Origin: Setoptus koraiensis
Lineage: Eukaryota; Animalia; Arthropoda
Assembly: GCA_048013815.1 (NCBI GenBank)
Contig: CM106585.1
Coordinates: 16,368,001 to 16,432,000 of the forward strand
Length of the DNA: 64,000 bases
Direction of reading: 5' to 3'
Below the pieces are notes generated by a model. That model ran no database searches. It saw nothing but the letters and a program-made list of their open reading frames with translations, and was not told the origin of the DNA. Below are positions 60,852 to 64,000 of this stretch, piece by piece (position 1 is the first letter of the stretch; every line of letters begins with the position of its first letter). Both the position numbers and the translations under genes were made by a program.

Positions 60852-62986
60852 TATCAGCTAATAGATATTAACCATTAAAATATAACAATCAAGCATTCCC
60901 ATTAACCAAAAATAGAGGGACCCAACGACACCTACTCAATTTATTCACTATCAACATTTATGTTATACTCGGGGCTTGCAAACTCAACTTCTTCCTCACG
61001 CCTGTCATTTGAACTATCGTATCCACGTTTATCTTGCCGGTCGATTGTTTTTCATCCTCGAGATTTTCACTTAAATTTAGTATTCCCCTAACTTCGCTTT
61101 AAAAAGTAATTCCTGTTCCTGATCTGGGTTGATGGATGAAAATGCAGACCAGAATGAAATTGCGATACAAAAAAGTATTATTGAGATATATCGCCTGTAT
61201 GAACGGAACGTTATTTCACCAAGTCGATTAGTAGTTGCGTCCATCTGAATTCTGGATTTAGTGGGGATTAGGGCTCTGTGTGTCTGGGCACTGAAACTAA
61301 ATTGATTACAAGCGCACTTCAACATGAACTTGGGTATTTCATATGGAATAGTATATCTCATTTGAGGTTTGCACCAGACCTATTATATTTGAAAATATTT
61401 TGGGAAACTACATTGATTGTTATCCCTCCATAGAACTGTCTGCCAACAAAACTCGAGTTGAGTTTTCAGTCTACTTCTAAAATAGGGGTTATGTATACAT
61501 TTGAATTGAAACATCACACAAAACATGCAATCGGAAGAGTTCTAGAGGTTATCTCTCTTTTAAAGTAATTTTTTTCTTAAAAAACAATGAATTCGAGTTA
61601 GTACCGGTATTCGCTACAACTCATGATGCACCAGAAATAACATCGTCTCGAATTTCATTTCATCGTTCCACAAACAAACGAGGAAGAAACAGAATAAATT
61701 ATATTAATAGCAAAATATCAAGACACTCGATGATGTATAAATTTAGAAAAACTTGAACCCCGTATAGTTCTGGTAATCACACACATTTTGCTAAAGATTT
61801 TTTAGTGTTTCTTGAAAGTTCTGTCCACTTGGCAATGTGGACATTTCTCGGGTTTATATGTAAACCAGGGTTAGGTTTTATTTAATTATTGTACTCTGAC
61901 AATTGCAGTAAGTCGATGAAGCGAGATTATCTCAGATTCCATATGAATGAAAGTGGACTCTATTCACTGAATTCCCAATAAATTTGTTTGTTGGCCATCG
62001 TCATATCGAATGGCCGTTGGGCGGTATAGCTGAATATGCATCTGCAACAAGATGTTTACTTGGTCTAGCTATGGGTCTTTAAGCCACATCCGTGCCGGTG
62101 TCACCTTTTCTATCACACTACAACTCGCACCTATCCAACTAAAGTGAAACATTACAGATAGAGAAAGGTTACGTGCTACTTAAAAATAACCGACACCTCA
62201 CCTAAGTACATTTCACCAATGATGTTATTTTGCTGCCGTCCGAATTTGAGATACCATTCGAGACATGCCTGTAAGGTTGCTAGTTGGATAGTCTGATCTA
62301 ATGTAGCTCTGACACTTGGAAATCTCGGCTGGGAAATTGGAATTATACATTGGACGGCAGGCAATTCGTGAGTTTCGCATTTCTGTCTGAATTTTACACT
62401 ACTACCGAATGACGTGTGTGACGGTGGTAACACACTAATCGAGTAACATGTCTTTTTTTTTGTCCGACATGCGCAATATGGCGAGTGCGAGCTCGATCGC
62501 TAGGCACTTTCGTTTAGACAAAACTTTGTATGAGCAATTGGGCGCCCAAATCATATAGAACTGTGTGGGGGCGATCGGAATTGAATTAGAGGCTAGACTG
62601 CTCTCTAGAGACTCAATACTCAATAGAATTGAGGGATTATAGATGGTGAAAAGGGTGATATTAGGTTTCAACGTACATCTTCTCTTTAACTTTATACATA
62701 CCCTGAGTTGGTTTTGAGTATTAGTCAGTAGCTTCGGAGGGGGCCAGCATGAAACATCGTCATTAGCCGGCAGCAATAGGTTTAGTAACAACAACTCTAC
62801 TCTAATTATTCGTCATCGTTAATCTCCTCGTGTCAGAAATACGTAGTCAAAATAGTAATCCTTGGACGAGCCGAAGATATTAGTAGTAAACAAATCAATC
62901 AGTTGAATTTAAAAAGTGACTAGAGTGTATCGTGTTTGATATAAAAAAAGTTTTACTGAGTTTCATTCATTATCATTCATGACAAG

Positions 62987-63973
62987 ATGGCGGTCAAGGC
63001 CAATAGACAACAAGAAATATTACTAGTCAAAAAGTGTTGTCCAGATATTGGCAGAATATCATTTGCAATTAATTGTTTTACTATCATTTTAGTAACACTG
63101 CTAATAAGTGGCAATAAGATACATAAAAATATTGTTGATTGTCGTGTCGTTAATCATCAACAAGACAGTAGTAACAGTAACAACAACGCCAAACATACCA
63201 CTACTGACAACAGTAACAACAACATCGATTACAGCGATTACAACGACAATAAAAAGAACATATACAAGGACATTTACTTTGGGCCAGATATGATGGTTCC
63301 ACGACAAAACAATCGCGATGTTGTATCCGACGAGACTGCTTTGTCGTCAAATCGCAATAATGATGCCAACAATTTTGGGACTATGCTACGAACGGCCGCG
63401 TCACAACCGTCGTTCCTAGACAAGGACCAGCAGCAAGCGATTGGCAACGATCACGAGCTACCGCCCGATTACTATTATTATTACAGATTGCAACCCAAGA
63501 GCCAGCAACCAAATTACGGCGGCTCTATGGACAACATAGATGGTGGACGGTCTGCTCTACTAAACACCAACAATGGACACGCCAGCAACAATAACAACTA
63601 CAACAACAATATCAACAACAATCAGCAATACCAGAGAAGCAAAAGCATCAACACTTATGATGATATCAACACATTGGTATATCCCAACAGCAACCAAGGC
63701 AACTACGATCTAGAGAAGCGTCCTGATCTAGGAACAACCATGTCAACTCTGGAGAGTTACCTACCTAGATCGGCGCCACTTAGAACCAAACTGCTAGAGT
63801 AAGTACAACTACTAGAGGCATATATTGCACCTAACATGAATGTGTTTTGGTTAGTTTGGCCAGCATGAAATCAACTTGTTATCTAATCAAGCAAATGTAA
63901 ACTATGAAATGTTTTCTCTTTTTAGGATGATAAGCCAGGATATGGCCGTAGCCAGCAACGGGCTTCAACTATC
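62987..63973 (+). CDS. Uncharacterised N/Q-rich protein with N-terminal hydrophobic segment, incomplete at window end: join(62987..63798,63926..63973,...)
   Basis: 271-codon ATG ORF ending at a GTAAGT donor (63799), TTTTTAG acceptor (63925) and next GTAAGT donor (63974). Confidence 0.55.
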
Positions 63974-64000
63974 GTAAGTACAACTATCTATCTCATGACC

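Noticed and set aside
61077-61361. Small ORF with a TM-like segment
   Set aside because: No homology recognised and no supporting gene structure.

Overview
Gene-dense, intron-poor eukaryotic DNA from an arthropod, probably a small-genome mite. The taxon is an inference from gasp/obstructor and DM4/12 genes, ~100-nt introns and many intronless housekeeping genes. Recognisable genes: DM4/12-like, THOC3, SUDS3, an M16 peptidase, beta-sarcoglycan, FAM43, vigilin, ornithine aminotransferase, acid phosphatase, gasp, parvin, DHX15/PRP43, WDR46, CCDC130, ThrRS, RBMX2 and DNAJB6. The standout region is 37.26-49.04 kb, an ~11.6-kb block with one 100-N gap, bounded by a 100-bp direct repeat. It is a tandem array of [parvin(-) / X(+) / Y(+)]. 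Y is an F-box + LRR protein fused to a UPF1-like helicase fragment (stalk, 1B, RecA1) whose Walker A/B motifs are destroyed. X is a stand-alone paralog of that pseudo-helicase module. An F-box-LRR-only paralog at 56.8-57.7 kb completes a modular family. The two Y copies differ at roughly 110 residues while their 3' flanks are nearly identical. The block junctions carry a captured vigilin fragment and short templated inserts. All family assignments are by eye against recalled sequences; no database search was run. No tRNA, rRNA, CRISPR or autonomous transposon was recognised.
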